A DNA stretch of 64,000 nucleotides from Felis catus (GCF_018350175.1 NC_058368.1:131566001-131630000), one strand, 5' to 3'. Positions 13,977 through 30,177 are shown, counted from the first letter of the stretch. Numbers and translations are program-made. Notes: generated from the letters alone by a model not told the origin.

Positions 13977-14825
13977 AGAGTTCAAATGCCTGAATCCCCA
14001 AATCCAGCTAATGATGTTATTTCATGGCCTTTTATTTATTCAAAAGGTTATTTTATCAGCATATTCTAAGGATCTAGATACTTTAAATCTGGATTTTTTT
14101 TTAGTACTGAACTGAGATCAACAACACTGAATTCCTATTAAGAACTCTTGGAAATATTGTCCACACTCTTATCATTTCCAAAAACATCAGTAGCTTTCCA
14201 TTCATTTGCACATTGGACCACATTCTTTCTTCTCTTCTCTGATGCCTTTTTTCTATAATTAGGTATTTTTATCAAAGCAACATTTATCTTTGTTTATCCA
14301 CTGGTTCTTTCCTTCTTTTTCAAAAATGTGCTTTAAAAGGCAAACACCAGAATCTCCGCTTCTGTAACAACTGTCCTATCTCTGTCCTTGCCCTTATCCT
14401 CATTGTCCCTGCCCACTTCTACTCCTTATCCTCATTGCTGACGTACAATTTGGATTCCGCTCCTTCTGCCTATTAGGTAGGTACATACAACTTGCCACAA
14501 TGACCTCTTCTTACCAAAGTGTATTTTTCTATGTCCCTTTCCTCCTTGATACCTCCGGGGCAACACAGAGCTCACTCCTCAAAAGGGACCCGGCCTCGTG
14601 CTTTGTGACACTGCATTCGGTGATTCTTCTTGTTTCTGTAGCAGTCCCTTCTCTATCCCTCTGCTGGCTCTTTGTCTCATCGCACCACTTACCTGTCGAC
14701 ATGCCTCAGGACTTACTCATCCTCTGCCCTCTCTCCTCTGTACACTTACTCATTCCTGGAAACACAGCAATTGTCAAGGCTTCACTGGCCACTTTTTGCT
14801 TCTGACTTCTAAATTGACATCTCCA

Positions 14826-15050
14826 GGGACGCCTGGGTGGCTGAGTCGGTTGGGCGTCCAACTTCGGCTCAGGTCATGATCTCACAGTTCATGGGTTCAA
14901 GCCCCTCATCGGGCTCTGGGCTGACAGCTCAGAGCCTGGAGCCTGCTTCGGATTCTGTGTCTCCCTGTCTCTCTGCCCCTCCCCCTGCTCGTGCTCTGTC
15001 TCTGTCTCAAAAATAAAATAAAACATTAAAAATTAATTAATTAATTAATT
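14826..15050 (+). mobile_element. CanSINE with TSD (AATT.ACATCTCCA) and (TTAA)n tail
   Basis: Read directly. Confidence 0.94.
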
Positions 15051-18000
15051 TACATCTCCAACCCTAACAGGGAGAGCTCCATGTTATAACTTCTAAGACT
15101 AAGAAATCTGAACTCATCTTTTACTCTTTTCTCTCATTCCTGCCCTGCCTATTTTCCTTAATGGTCAGCAACCTGGAAGCCCACTAGAACAAGATGGGCC
15201 GCGCCCACTCAAGGATAGTCACGTGAGCAGGAGTTCGTTCTGGAACTATGTTAAGTGGGAAGGTTATGCATGTGTTGGGGGGAGGGGGGGTCCTGTAGGG
15301 GATCATTGCTAATCTAGACAGTAACAGACTACAAAGGTTCTTTGCTAAGAAAGGCTAAGTAGAAGCCTAAGAAGAGAAACTCTAACACTGAGATCATATA
15401 TATAAGAATATATTATCAAGACAGAAAGTCAAACTGACATACATTTAAAAGTTTATTGATAATCAAACTGGTATGATGGGAAACAGGTACTTTCACAAAA
15501 AGCCGCACGCATGTAATTTGATCCAGCTACTTGGGAAAACAGCTTCAGAGTGCCTCTGACAAATGTAAATGCATATACTCTATGACCCAGCAATTTCACT
15601 CACTTGTATATAGTCCTATGAAATATATACCCTCATATGAAGAAAAGGGCTTGCTAAGAATTTTCTTGCAACGTTGTTAATATTAAAGTATTAGAAAATG
15701 ATCTAAACATCACAACTGGGGAATGGTTTGGGAAACTGTGGGGTATCTATTACTCTGGAATACTATCTGAAAGTTCAAGACCGAGGTAGGTAAGGTAGTA
15801 ATATAGAACCTTTCCCAAAGACATTGTGTTGAGTGAAGAAGAAAGCTATGTTGCAGAACAACACATACAATGTATCATCTCTATAAAAACATACACACAC
15901 ATAAACAACATTCTAACACTGCTTTCCCTTCAGGGAGACGTGAAGCACACAACTGTGTCACAGAACATCTACGCAGTAAACTGATGAGAAAGATGAATTC
16001 TGGGGAAACAGGAAAGGACTGAGACTGGGAGAGTGCCAAAGAGGACTTGATCCTCATCTGTGATTTAATTTTTTTAGAATAAGGAAAAGTTATATTTGTA
16101 TTAATTATGCAATTATTAGAGAGACAAATAAAGAGGGAGAGCACGACAGAAAGCGAGAATGAGCAAGAGCAAAGGGGAACCAGGGAAGGAAGCAAAGGTA
16201 GGAAACTAAATAGCCAGAAACGAGCCAGGGCACAGATGGGTCAAAGGACAGTTAAGGCGCTGGTTCTGCAGACACAGCCTGTCCACTGCAGTGTTCCTCC
16301 AACAAGTGCTTCAGCACAGTTGGCAGGCCCAGAAGTGTCCTTAAAGGAACCACGTTGTGCTGGAAGGAGTGGCCACTGCAGACAGGGTCGGTGGTGCCAG
16401 CAAAGCAGTGGCGGATGAGTGTTTTGGGATGATGTGGTGCAGATTAGGTTTAGACCACAGCCATGGTTGGCTAAAAAGAGGTGTAGTCGATGGGCAGGAG
16501 GTTCCAGAAGGATCCACAGACAAGGCACGCTGAAGTTTGGTCAATGGGCACATGTCCTGTGTACAGGGAAGGCAGAAACAGCTCTATAGAGTCCAAGTTA
16601 GATGCACATTTCAGGGATAACCGTCAGTGAGTTTTGTTATTTCTGTGGAAGACTGAAATACCTGTTGCTTTTTACCTTAGATAGGTCACACTGTTTTCTT
16701 ATCAGTTCTGCTGTGAGGTAATGCTCTAACCCTAAAAACATCGTACGTTTCTCCCCAATTCTTAGCGGAACAGATTCCTGGTCCACTTGGATTATTATAA
16801 GAGCCTAACAAATGGCTTCACTCTCTCTTCAGTACAAGGAATCACTACCAAATTAATTTTCTTAAAGTATCACTTGCCTCTTATTAATTCAATTAATCAA
16901 GACATAGCAGTAATTCTCTTTTGCCAAGCATCAGGATCAAACTCCTCTTTTTTGCTCTAAACGTCTGAGGAACGTGAACCACACCATGCTTAGCTACCAC
17001 TAACTCCCTCTCTGCTCATCACCCACATCATCACTTCCTCATAACACTGGAGAAGGGGCCCCCCAATTCCACTCCTTAGAAAGTCTGCAAAGCCAATGGG
17101 AGAGCTCCAGACTAGTCCCTTAGTATTTTTTCCTCTTAATGTGGCCCAAGATCATGCACATGATTGTCATTCAAAGAAAATTGTTTTCTCTACTTCTCAC
17201 CTCTTTTCTCCCCTCCTTTCATGAACCAAAGGAACGTATCCACTGATCCTGCCTCCAGGACCTGAACCGTACCACTTCCACACTAGCCTGTTTTCCTTCT
17301 CTTCAATTCAGGTCAGGCTCTTCATGCACTCTACTCTTGTGCCTCTGCTCCTGCTATTAGCCAGCTCCTGAAAAGCTCTCCCCTCTCCTTCCTCTCACCA
17401 GCTCCCACACGTACCTCCATCAGGCTGTATCTCTATCACGTAGCCTCTGCTAGTAACTTCGGCCTACAGAGGTTGATCCCTCCCTAAATTCTTGCAGTAT
17501 TCATATACATCAGAAAATAACGCTAATATAGATTTTACCGTTCTTCACTATTTCACGTGTGCATGTACTCATCTCCCCAGTGTAAGTACCTGGGAAGGAA
17601 GAATCATATCTTTGATTTTATACTATATTCTCTGCAGTTCACAGGAAACAATGAGTAAGTACTGTGATAGAAAAATTATCCTTTACATATCATATTAATC
17701 AGAACTCTTCTGGTTATACATTGTGGCAACCCCAATCAAAACAACTTAGTTTAAAAGGAATTTAGTTCACCTAACTGAAATTGTAGGTGTAAATTGATTT
17801 AAGGCAAAGCGAGATCCACATGCTCAAATAATATTAAAAATCAATCTTTCTATAATGACATTAAAAAACCCACCTAGGAATAAATTTAACCAAGGAAGTG
17901 AAAGACCTGTACACTGAAAACTTTAAGATATTTGTGCTCATTGATTACAAGAAAAAATACTGTTATAATGTCCATAGTCCCCAAAGCAATCTACAGATTC

Positions 18001-19346
18001 AATGCAACTTCTATCAAAATTCCAAAGGCATTTTTCACAGGTATAGAACAAATAATCCTAAAATTAGTATAGAACCACAAGAGACTCCTAATAGCCAAAG
18101 AAACCTGTAGAAAGAAGAACAAAGCTGGAAGCATCACATACGCTGATTTCAAACTGTATTACACAGATATCATCAAAACAGTATGGTATTGGCATAAAAA
18201 TAGGCTTAGAGATCAATGGAACACAGGAGAGAACGCAGAAATAAGTGTACGCTTATATGAACAATTCATTTACAACAAAGGAGCCGAGAGTATACGATGC
18301 GGAAAGCATAGTCTCTTCAATAAATGGTGTAAAGAAAAATGGACAACCACACGCAAAACAGAAACCAGACCCTTATCTTACACCATACATAAAAACCAAC
18401 TCAAAATGGATTAAAAATTTGAATGTAAGGCCTAATACCACAACACTTCATAAAGAAAACATAGGCGACAAACTCCTTGATATTGGTCTTGGCAATGATA
18501 TTTTAGATTTGACACCACAAGCAAAGGCAACAAAAGTGAAAATAAACAAGTGGGATTACGTCAAATTAAAAAGAATCTGCACACCAAAGGAAACCATCAA
18601 CAAAATGAAAAGGCAACCTAGTGAATGGGAGAAAATATTTGCAAATCATTTATACGATAAGAGGTTAATATCCAATATATGTTTAAAGAACTCTACAACA
18701 CAATAGCAAAAAAAAAAAAAAAATCAGATTAAAAAATGGGCAAAGGATGTGAATAGACATTTTTCCAAAGAAGACAGATAGATGGTCAACAGGTACATAA
18801 AAAGGCGCTCAACATCACTAATCATCAGGGAAATGCAAATCAAAGCCACAAAGAGATATCACCTCACACCTCTTACAATGGCTATTTTTCAAAAAATAAG
18901 AAATAACAAGTGTGGTGAACATGTGGAGAAAAGTGAACCCTCATGCATGATTGGTAGGAATGTAAATTGGTGCAGCCACTGCCGAACATAGTGGGAAGAC
19001 TCCTCAAAAAATTAAAAATAGAATTACTATATGACCCAGCAATTCCATTCTGGGTATTTATCTGAAGAAAATGAAAACACTGACTCAAAAAGATATATGC
19101 TCCAAAAGATATATGCTCAAAAAGATATATATATAGCTGGCTCAGTCAGTAGAGCATGCAATCCTGATCTCAGGGTGAATGAGTTCAAGCCCCACATTGA
19201 TGTGTAGCATACTTTCAAAAAATTAAATAATTATATTTTTAAAAAATATATGCACCCACATATTCACTACAGCATTATTTATAATAGCAAAGATATGCAA
19301 ACAATCTGTCCATTGGTAGATGAATTAATAAAGAAAATGTGATACA

Positions 19347-19349
<3 letters not shown>

Positions 19350-19392
<43 letters not shown>
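19350..19392. repeat. (CA)n microsatellite in the L1 3' UTR
   Basis: Read directly. Confidence 0.97.
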
Positions 19393-19394
<2 letters not shown>

Positions 19395-19830
19395 AATATT
19401 ATTTGGCCATAAAAAAGGAACTCTTGCCATTTGCCATAACATGGATGGATCTAGAGGGCATTATGCTAAATGAAGTAGCTCAGGGACAGAAAGACAAATA
19501 TTATGTGATCCCACTTACATATGGAATCCAAAAAATGATAAAGAAAAAACCAAACTCATAGATACACAGAAGAGATTGGTGGTTGCCAGAAGCAGGAGGT
19601 GGGGTTGGATCACATGGGTAATGGGAGTCACAAGGTGCAAAGCTCCAGTTATAAAATAAGTAAGTTATGGTGAGGTTGTGTCCAGCATGGCAAATATAGT
19701 TAATATTGTATTGTATGTTGGAAAGTTGCTAATAGTAAATCTCACAAGTTCTAACCACAAGAAAAATAATTCTGCAACTACGTATGCTGACAATGTTAAC
19801 CATACTTACTGTGGTGATTATTTTGCAATA

Positions 19831-20147
19831 CAGTTAACCCTTGAACAATTTGGAGATTAGGGGTGCCTACCCACAGGCAAATATCCATGTGTAACTTTTG
19901 AACACCCCAGAACAACTAATGATAACCTACTGTTGACCAGAAAGTTTACCAATAATATAAACAGTCATCTAATACATATTCTGTAAGTTATATCATATAC
20001 TGTATTCCTAAAGTGAGCTAAAGAAAAAATATTAAGAAAATCACAAGGAAGAGAAAATACATTTACAGTACTATCCTGTATTTATCCAAAAATCCATGTA
20101 TAAGTGGGCCCATACAGCACAAACTTGTGTTGCTCAAGGGTCGACTG
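19831..20147. mobile_element. Tigger2/MER8-family non-autonomous DNA transposon
   Basis: Terminal inverted repeats CAGTTAACCCTTGAACAA ... TTGCTCAAGGGTCGACTG, preceded by TA; the L1 sequence resumes on the other side. Confidence 0.85.
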
Positions 20148-20368
20148 TTTATACAAATGTGGAATCACTGTGTTATACACTTGAAACTAATATAATGTTG
20201 TATGTCAATTATACCTCAAAAAAAAAAAAAAAAAGAATCTTCAACTCTCCATTCTGATTTCTCCTGAGGTGGCTCTCAGGCAGTCTCATGACCATGAGTA
20301 ACAAAAGGTGCCACCACAGACTCCAGGCTTGTATCTTATCACCCTAGAAACCTAACAGAAACAAACAA

Positions 20369-20450
20369 TATTAGGTTGAAACATATGAAGTTGCCACTTA
20401 TGTAGGTCGAAAATGGTTGAGCACTGGTAATTTCACGTTTCAACCTATTA
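20369..20450. mobile_element. MADE2-like mariner MITE (~80 bp palindromic)
   Basis: TATTAGGTTGAAACATATGAAGTTGCC ... GGTAATTTCACGTTTCAACCTATTA inverted repeats. Confidence 0.8.
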
Positions 20451-21460
20451 GTTCCAGAAAATCTATGCCCCAAGGCATAAAGTTCATGGACTATTTCATG
20501 CCTACTATTAATCCAATCACTGTGGCCACTAGAACAGAGGACTCTTTCTGGCCAGGTCTGAGACATACGCCCCCTTGTGGGCCATGTCACAAAAATGAGG
20601 AAAAACTGACTCCTCCAAGAAAATTTAAAGTGTTTTATCAGAAAGAGAGGAATAAAAACAGAGAAGGGAAAACATCAGATGCCCACTGTGCATAAAATAG
20701 ACACAAAATGTGTAAATTTACCATGAAGGTAATGAAGACTCACTTCAGAGAAACTCACCTGCACAGGCTTTTTCCAAAACCATATATATCTGACCTCATA
20801 TTTTCATTTTCCAATTCTTTTTATTTTTTTTCTGACAAATGAGTTTCATTTGCATTCTCACCCAAGCACAGATTCCACATAGAGATTTCTCATCTGCACA
20901 ACGGTACTTAACAAGTACAAAACACGCTTTATTTCAAATACAAAACAACGTGGCAGAATTCTTTAAAAGGGGCCCTCTCAATTATGTAAGCTTTAGGAAC
21001 AACAAACCTGACAGTGCAACTCATAAAAATACTCGAACGTACTTGTAAAACTAATACACAAGTATTCCCAGTATAGTGTACTTCCTCCTGCTTTTAGTGA
21101 AATAAACCGTATAGCAGGTGGTTAATTTACTAAATTCTCAACAACTCAATCCCTTTTGGCACTAAAAGGAAATAACCTGATCATTCCCTTCAGATGTCCC
21201 CAACTTCTCAGAACTTAGCATCTTAGTGTATGTTTCTTTGCCTGTGTCACAGATCAACACGGATAAGGTCCTTTTTCATTTTTGCCCCACCTTGAACTTT
21301 ATTCCCTGCCTCCTGGTATCTCTGTTCATAATTGGCCAGCCCAGTCTGAAAGCTGCATCCCTGGGTCTCACTGTGGTTCCATACAGCAACAACTTGAAGA
21401 AACTGAACAGATGCTCAGATTCACTCTAATCTAGTATTTATTTTTTAAAATTGCAAATCA

Positions 21461-21690
21461 AGGGGTGCCTGGGTGGCTCAGTTAAACGTCTGACTTCAGC
21501 TCAGGTCATGATCACCCGGTTCACAAATTTGAGCCCTGCGTCGGGCTCTGTGCTAACTCAGAGCCTGAGGCCTGCTTCAGATTCTGTGTCTCCCTCTCTC
21601 TCTGTCCCTCCCCAACTCACACTCTGTCTCTCTGTCCCTGTTTCTAAAAAAATCAATAAAAACACTTAAAAAATTTTTTTTAATAAAATA
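21461..21690 (+). mobile_element. CanSINE
   Basis: Head, CT tract, A tail. Confidence 0.93.
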
Positions 21691-22989
21691 TGATGTGATA
21701 TTGGAGTGAACCTAGGATGTGAGTTGGGTCAAAGCAAATATACCTATCAAGGACCCACTACTAGATTTGTGCCAAAATTGGGTCTGGACAACCAGAAAAT
21801 GCACCCTTGTTATCGGGATTTCCAACTGCACTTTACTCTTCTATTTGGCAGTCAGACAGCCCCAGGAATGTAAATTCATGCTGTTTCGAATGTGGGGGAA
21901 GGTGAGGGAACTCAGCCTGCCTGCTGCTATTCTGACTGTAGCATTTGTCCCTGGGAGAGACAGCACTGGCATCGATGCTATTTTTCTCCCGTCTCAGGAA
22001 CATGGCTTGGGCTGTGTATCAGCGAAGGCCAAGGGGCACCAACATGTGACAATCTCTGCTGAATCCCCCAGCAAGTTTCCAAATCTGTAGTCCTTCAGAC
22101 ATGGCATTGAGTTTGAACCATTTTTTTCCCTCTCCCCCCACCTCCTCCAAGAAATATGCCTAGAAACGGGGCAACACAATTGTGTTGCCTTTTTTCTTTT
22201 AATTTGTTGAAATTGTCTCTGAGGCAGGAGAAGGGGGGAGTAGAAACCAGATGGTTGTAGTTGGAGTAGAAGCCCTACTACTGAGGAGCTTTGAGACATT
22301 CCAATCTGGTGGCGGTCACTATTTCTCTGCAGGCAAAGGGAGGAAATAACAGAGCCGTGGCAAAAGATTTCCAGAAGGCTGGCCACTACAATCCTATTTT
22401 CTGTCTTCTACATTCACACACGTGTAAAATAAAATCTCCTTTCCTTTAACTCTCCAAAGCACTGCCCAACTTGGGTTAAACCTTGGAGGGGAGGGTGTTA
22501 GTTACTTGTCATGAAAGGGGTTTATATCACAGGGCTCAAACAGTCTACAGGTGAGTATTATCCATTCTTCCTTAAGGCCCCTTAGCCTGCCTGAATCTTC
22601 CTCCTCAGCTTCCCCATCACTCACCAAATCCTAGCAAATCTCTCCGAATCACCTGATGTGTTTCTCAACCTTTTCTCCCTACACACATGAAGTACAGAGA
22701 AAATTGGGACTGAGGAAGGAGGGACAATCAGAGAGTTGGTGAAGAGTTAACCTCTTTCATCTTCCTATATCGGGGGAGACTCTGCCAGCAGAAGAGCCCC
22801 CCGCCCTGGTCTCCAAGCCGTCTAAACCCCTGGAGAGAGAGTAGCACACCAAGGTCAGAGTGGGGGCTGATGCCTCCCCCTTCTCATTCTCTGTTAGGGA
22901 AAACTGATTCTCAACCTTTTGGAAAAAAAACTGTGCAAATACAACTGAACATCCATTCCGATGTCCACCTGTTAGGGTCTTTTCCTCCT

Positions 22990-23663
22990 CCAAGTACATG
23001 GCGTGTCCTTCAACAATACTTCTTCATCTCTCCAACACCAGCTGGGAGTTCTATGAGTCATCTCCATTCTGACACTAATTCCTGGGACTTAGCATCACCC
23101 TCCAATGGCTTAAGGGCTCAGTCCCACAAGACCACCCACACTCCAAAGACCAATCACAAGTACCGCGTGCCCAGATCACTCACGCTTCTGTCACACCGGA
23201 CACCAAGTCAGGGGTTCCCACAAAACCCCCTCAGATTGGGTAACTTGTAAGAGCGACTCATAGAACTTGGGACAGGGCTTGACCTGCCAGTTGACTATAA
23301 AGCATATGAGGCAGGAAGGGATGCACAGGGCAAGGTATCGGAGGGGTTTGCCATCCATATCTTCAACAGCGCCTCCATATCTTCAACAACCTGGAAGCTC
23401 CCTGAACCCTATTGTGTAGTGGCTTTTATGGTGGTTTCATGATATCGATATGATCGGTAAAGTTATTGGCTATTCGCGATTAAGCCGATCTCGAGCCTTT
23501 CTCTTCAGGGAAGTTGGTTGTGGGGTTTAAAGTTCCAAACCTCTAACTGATTCTTAATCTTTCTGGTGACAAAACACTCCTGTCAGCCCTGTTACTCAGG
23601 AAACTAGGAGCTCTGTGACCAGTACTGGGGACAAAGACCAAAATATCATTCTTACTATACCAC
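22990..23663. mobile_element. MER21-like solo LTR
   Basis: TTCTGACACTAA...TAAGGGCTCAGTCCCACAAGAC and terminal GGGGACAAAGACCAAAATAT..TATACCAC motifs recalled from the MER21 consensus. Confidence 0.75.
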
Positions 23664-24208
23664 TCCATTATGCTTACCTGTCTTGTAAAAAAAATCCTAG
23701 AGACGCACTCCTTAAGGTGTTAGTCTTCCCATTTCTGGCTCTGCCTCTCTGGGTTCTTTCCATATCCCCTTAAGACACTGACCAGAGGTGGTAGACCTGT
23801 TTATCTGTCCTCTGCAAATAAATCCTTCAGGGCAACAAGCATTCTCAGATCACGGGAGCAGAATACCAACCCCACCTCTGTAGGGTGTTATGGTAACAGT
23901 GGACTCCAATGGCCGAAGAACTCATTCCCACCCTGCTTCTTGTAGGCATGCCCTGCACTTCCCTGGACCACCATCACTGGCCTCTGGCTCACCAATGTCT
24001 CATAAAGGAGAAGTGGTCATTTCGAAAGCCTGAAGGAGGACTGTTGGCCCTTCTTGTTAAGTCTCTAATGGGAACCCCTCAGAGCCCATCTGGACACTCT
24101 GGAACACAAGAACAGGAACTTCACTGGTTAAAATGGGACAAGGACCAATTTGGCTGACGCCCTCTGTGCGTTCTGCCCCCCTGGCTGCCAGTTCCCTTCC
24201 CTGCATAC

Positions 24209-24210
<2 letters not shown>

Positions 24211-24254
<44 letters not shown>
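24211..24254. repeat. Perfect (CA)22 microsatellite just upstream of the CpG island
   Basis: Read directly. Confidence 0.97.
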
Positions 24255-24255
<1 letters not shown>

Positions 24256-24499
24256 CTAGAGCAACAACCGACTCAGGGAAATAAAGCTTTCCTTTTAGGT
24301 CATCAAGAGATCAACCTTTTCAATCAATCATCTCTCATGCTCCTCTGTTTGGGCTTTGATGATCTGTGTGGCCCCAGATGGTCTCAGATGGTGAGGGCCT
24401 TAAACGCACACAGGTTGGTGAGAAATCCATGTTTAGGTCCCAGCATGTGGCAATGTGCTCCACTCTGATGACACTTTTCGTTTCTAATAATAGCGCAGA

Positions 24500-26497
<1,998 letters not shown>

Positions 26498-28669
26498 TAG
26501 GAGACTCTTGGCATTATTTGGTAACTCATATACATGATGCATGGATGCTGACAGTAATTTACGGTGGCCAAGACCTCAGAGGTAATCTTTGCAAATGTGG
26601 GGGTTTAACCAAATCACTCTGAGATCAGAATTATTTTGAGAGCTACAGGCAAGCTATATGCCAAATTACAATCTGAAGGTTTGTGATCCTTGTATGGACA
26701 TATATTGAAAGATTTGGGTATTAAGTGATTTTTTTTAAAAAATTAACTTTCAATATGCTGTCCACATATTGGAACTTGGGGCTTAAGATTTTTTTGCCGA
26801 AAGTTTGGCTATCAAAATGAAGTTAAGTCATCATGCTTCAAGATTACTTGTCATCTGCTGCTAAACATCTACTGCACAAAAGGCCTATACAGTAGAGAGC
26901 AAATCTTTGCTAAATCCTGTATTTATGCAACTATTTATACCATCAGCTAAACTCCTATGATACCTTTTAAAATAAAATCTCTAAAATAAAGTCTTGGATA
27001 TAAAGTACTCTCCTCACTGTAGTGTATGAAAAGGAAGTTTTAACATAAGAAAATTAATTTAAAAATTGGGGATATTCACAAATGTACCTAAACCTAGGTT
27101 TTTTATAGGCCCCTCTGCATTATTTTTATTTTTATCACACTTACAGATTCCCAAGCCTACTTTAGGTGGTAACAGAGTGAAAGCTTCTCTTCTGAGACAC
27201 CATTTACTTCTTCCTGATCTCTCAGTATCAGGAAAGAAGTTAGTCATGGATTTCTGTCAACAGTTACTATTTTCAAATAAGAGTGCAGGGCATGGAAACA
27301 CAGAAATCCTTACACTAATACATTAATTTAAGTGCTTGATTTCATCTGGCTATAGCCTTTCTCTGTTTATCTGTGTATGTCTATCACACTCAAAGTTTAA
27401 GTCAGACTAACCTGATAATGTTGCAGATTGATCACATGTAGGAATTGTATCTAATTTACTTATTTGGAAGAATCATTCTTTGCCATCTTTAATGTAAATA
27501 ATATGTATAATACCCATAATATGTATAGTGACTATTATTGGTATATACAGATTAGAAAACCATACGTTGCCTTTCTTAATAATTACATTTAACAAGTGGC
27601 ATTTCTATCATGAAGAAAGATACACTATCTAATGTCCTTGAAGTGAGAGATAAAGTATGCCACAAATCTATTTTATTTAGTAGAAATACTGAGAAGCCTT
27701 AGCCTTTTCTGTTGAACTGTTATACTATGAGTAACAGGAAGTGAATCTGGGATTCCATAAAGGAGATGGAAGGGAATTCAGTGTTTAAGGAATTGGGGGA
27801 AGAAATGCGGGTGTGACAAATCCCAGAGATGAAAGGAGGAAAAACAATCAGAAACACAAAGGGGAATAGTGGTGGAATAAAAACTGTAGAGAAACCATGA
27901 TTCAGAAGGGCGAATGGGTTTCAAACAGGAAATTTTATGCTCAGAGCTAAAGAGTAGCATCTTTGTAAACTGTGTGTCCAAGAGTATCCAATGGGATTAT
28001 ATTCATGACCTCTTTAAGTTGCAGTCCAAATGGGGAGAAACAAACAAGGAGTTCAGTTTAGTCTGTTTTACTAAACACATGAAGTTCGGACTCTTCCAAA
28101 GTTTCAGGAAAGAAGGAGTCTGAAATTCCTGACTCAAAGTTGAGTTTGGAGGATGTGAGATGGATTTTACATACTCAGAAGTTGAGAGCCCTTTGCTACT
28201 TACTTTTATCTATCTGAGGGTTGATGTTATTGAGAGCAGTTGGTTTTTTTTTGTTTGTTTGTTTGTTTTAAGATTTAGTGGGAAAATATGGTGTTCTTAG
28301 AGCCTTGAAGAGGTAAGGCCAATTCTGTAGAATGTTCTCAGATACAATTTGAAACATTTTCCTCTTTAAAATAATAAATACAATTTAACCTTTTTCTAAA
28401 ACATGACAGAAATATAATTGAAGGAAATCCCTTTAGCTTCTCACCATTTGGGTTTCATTAATGAAGGATATGATTCCCCTTGGTGGTATTCCATTCCCGA
28501 TATTGCTAGGTATGTGGGCTCTCATATCAAACTTGACGTGAAAGCTGGTAGCGAGACTGTAGCATTCACTTTAAAATTTGAAGCAGGGTTAAGAAAAGCA
28601 AAGGTTCCCAGGGACTGTAAAGGCCAAGACTGGATTTCTTGAGCACCCATCATTTTCCAGGACAATCCA

Positions 28670-28830
28670 GTTAATTCATAGAATAATCCTCTGAGGGAGG
28701 GATTAATATCCTTATTTTGCAAATGAGTCTCAGAAAGGTTAAGGTATTTGCCCGAATCCACACAACCAAGAAGTGGTATGACTTTGATTCGGCCCCACGT
28801 TGCTTGCTTCTGAAATCCATCATCCTTCCT
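28670..28830. mobile_element. MIR
   Basis: CCTTATTTTGCAAATGAG..TCAGAAAGGTTAAG core. Confidence 0.7.
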
Positions 28831-28867
28831 CTACATATTGCTGCCATTTTAAAAGGTATTATGTAAG

Positions 28868-29100
28868 GTGTGCCTGGATGGCTCAGTTGGTTAAGTGTCC
28901 GACTTCAGCTCAGGTCATGTTGACTGGCCTTTGACGGTTTGTGAGTTCGATTCCAACAGCGGGCTCTGTGCTGACAGCTCAGAGCCTGGAGCCTGCTTCA
29001 GATTCTGTGTCTCCCTCTCCCTTTGCCCCACCCCCTCTCATTTGCTGGCACTCGCGCTCTCTCTCTCTCTCTCTCTCTCTCAAAAGTAAATTTAAAAAAA
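28868..29100 (+). mobile_element. CanSINE with TSD AAAAGGTATTATGT
   Basis: Read directly. Confidence 0.94.
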
Positions 29101-29734
29101 CACACACACCCATTAAAAAGGTATTATGTGAAAAGGAGTGAAATACTAAAACACGCTAACATATGGATGAGCCACAAAAAGAGTATGCTAAATCAAAGAC
29201 ACCGGTCACAAAATGCCACAGATCCTTGATTCCTTTCATATGAGATGCTCAGAAAAAGCACATCTATAACCATCAGCAAGTAGATCAGTGGTTGCCTAGA
29301 TCTGGGAGTGGCCACAGGGCGTTTCTGCATATGAGTTTGAGGTAACTTTTTGGGGTGATCAAAGTGCTCCCAAATTGAATTCGGTGATGACTGTACAGCT
29401 ATGTATTTACTAAAAGTCATTCAATTGCGCACTCAAAATGAGTGAAGTTTATGCTGTGTGAAATAGAGCTCGCTAAGTGCTTTTTAAAAAGGTATGATCA
29501 CCATCACTATGAATATCATTTGCCTTTGACTGCCCTCATTCTTTTCTACATACCTGGCTTTTAGCAAAAGGGGTATGAACTGAACGGACAGGGAAACAGA
29601 AAACTTGGCTCTCCACGCATGTGTCAAGATGCCTGCCTCACAGCTCTCACCCAAGCACCAAAGCTTTGCTCTGAGTAGGAACACAGGTGCTGCAAAGGCA
29701 GGACTTGAAGGAGTAAGTGAATCCACTCATTTCT

Positions 29735-30177
29735 CTTTTTTTTTAATGTTTATTTTTGAGGAAGGGGGTGGGGGGAGAGAATGAGCAGGGGAGGAGCAGA
29801 GAGAGAGGGAGACACAGACTCCGAAGCAGGCTCCAGGCTCTGAGCTGTCAGCACAGAGCCCCACACAAGGCTCCAACTCACCAACCGTGAGATCATGACC
29901 TGAGCCGAAGTCAGAGGCTTAACTAACTGAGCCACCCAAGTGCCCGTTAAAAAATTTTTTTTCAATGTTCATTTCAATGTTCAATGTTCTATTTTTAAGA
30001 GACAGAGCACAAGCCAGGGAGGGGCAGAAAAGGGGGGGAGGGCACAGAATCTGAAGCAGGCTCCAGGCTCTAAGCTGTCAGTGCAGAGCCCAACACAAGG
30101 CTCAAACTCATGCACCGTGAGATCATGACCTGAGCTGAAGTCCAACGCTTAACCAACTAAGCCACCCAGGTGCCCCT
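29735..30177 (-). mobile_element. Two tandem CanSINEs (minus strand)
   Basis: Two reverse-complement SINE bodies, with heads at ~29945 and ~30177. Confidence 0.93.

Larger units (their letters stand above)
17850..20235 (+). mobile_element. 5'-truncated LINE-1 (L1MA/L1_Carn-like), ORF2 3' half plus 3' UTR and poly-A
   Basis: ORF2 remnants ([41 protein letters not shown]); poly-A at ~20218-20234. Confidence 0.94.
17695..20695. mobile_element. Old MaLR LTR (MLT1J/K-like) split by L1 and MADE2 insertions
   Basis: MLT1-like start at ~17695-17850; MLT1-like sequence resumes after the L1 poly-A (~20235) and after MADE2. Confidence 0.5.
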
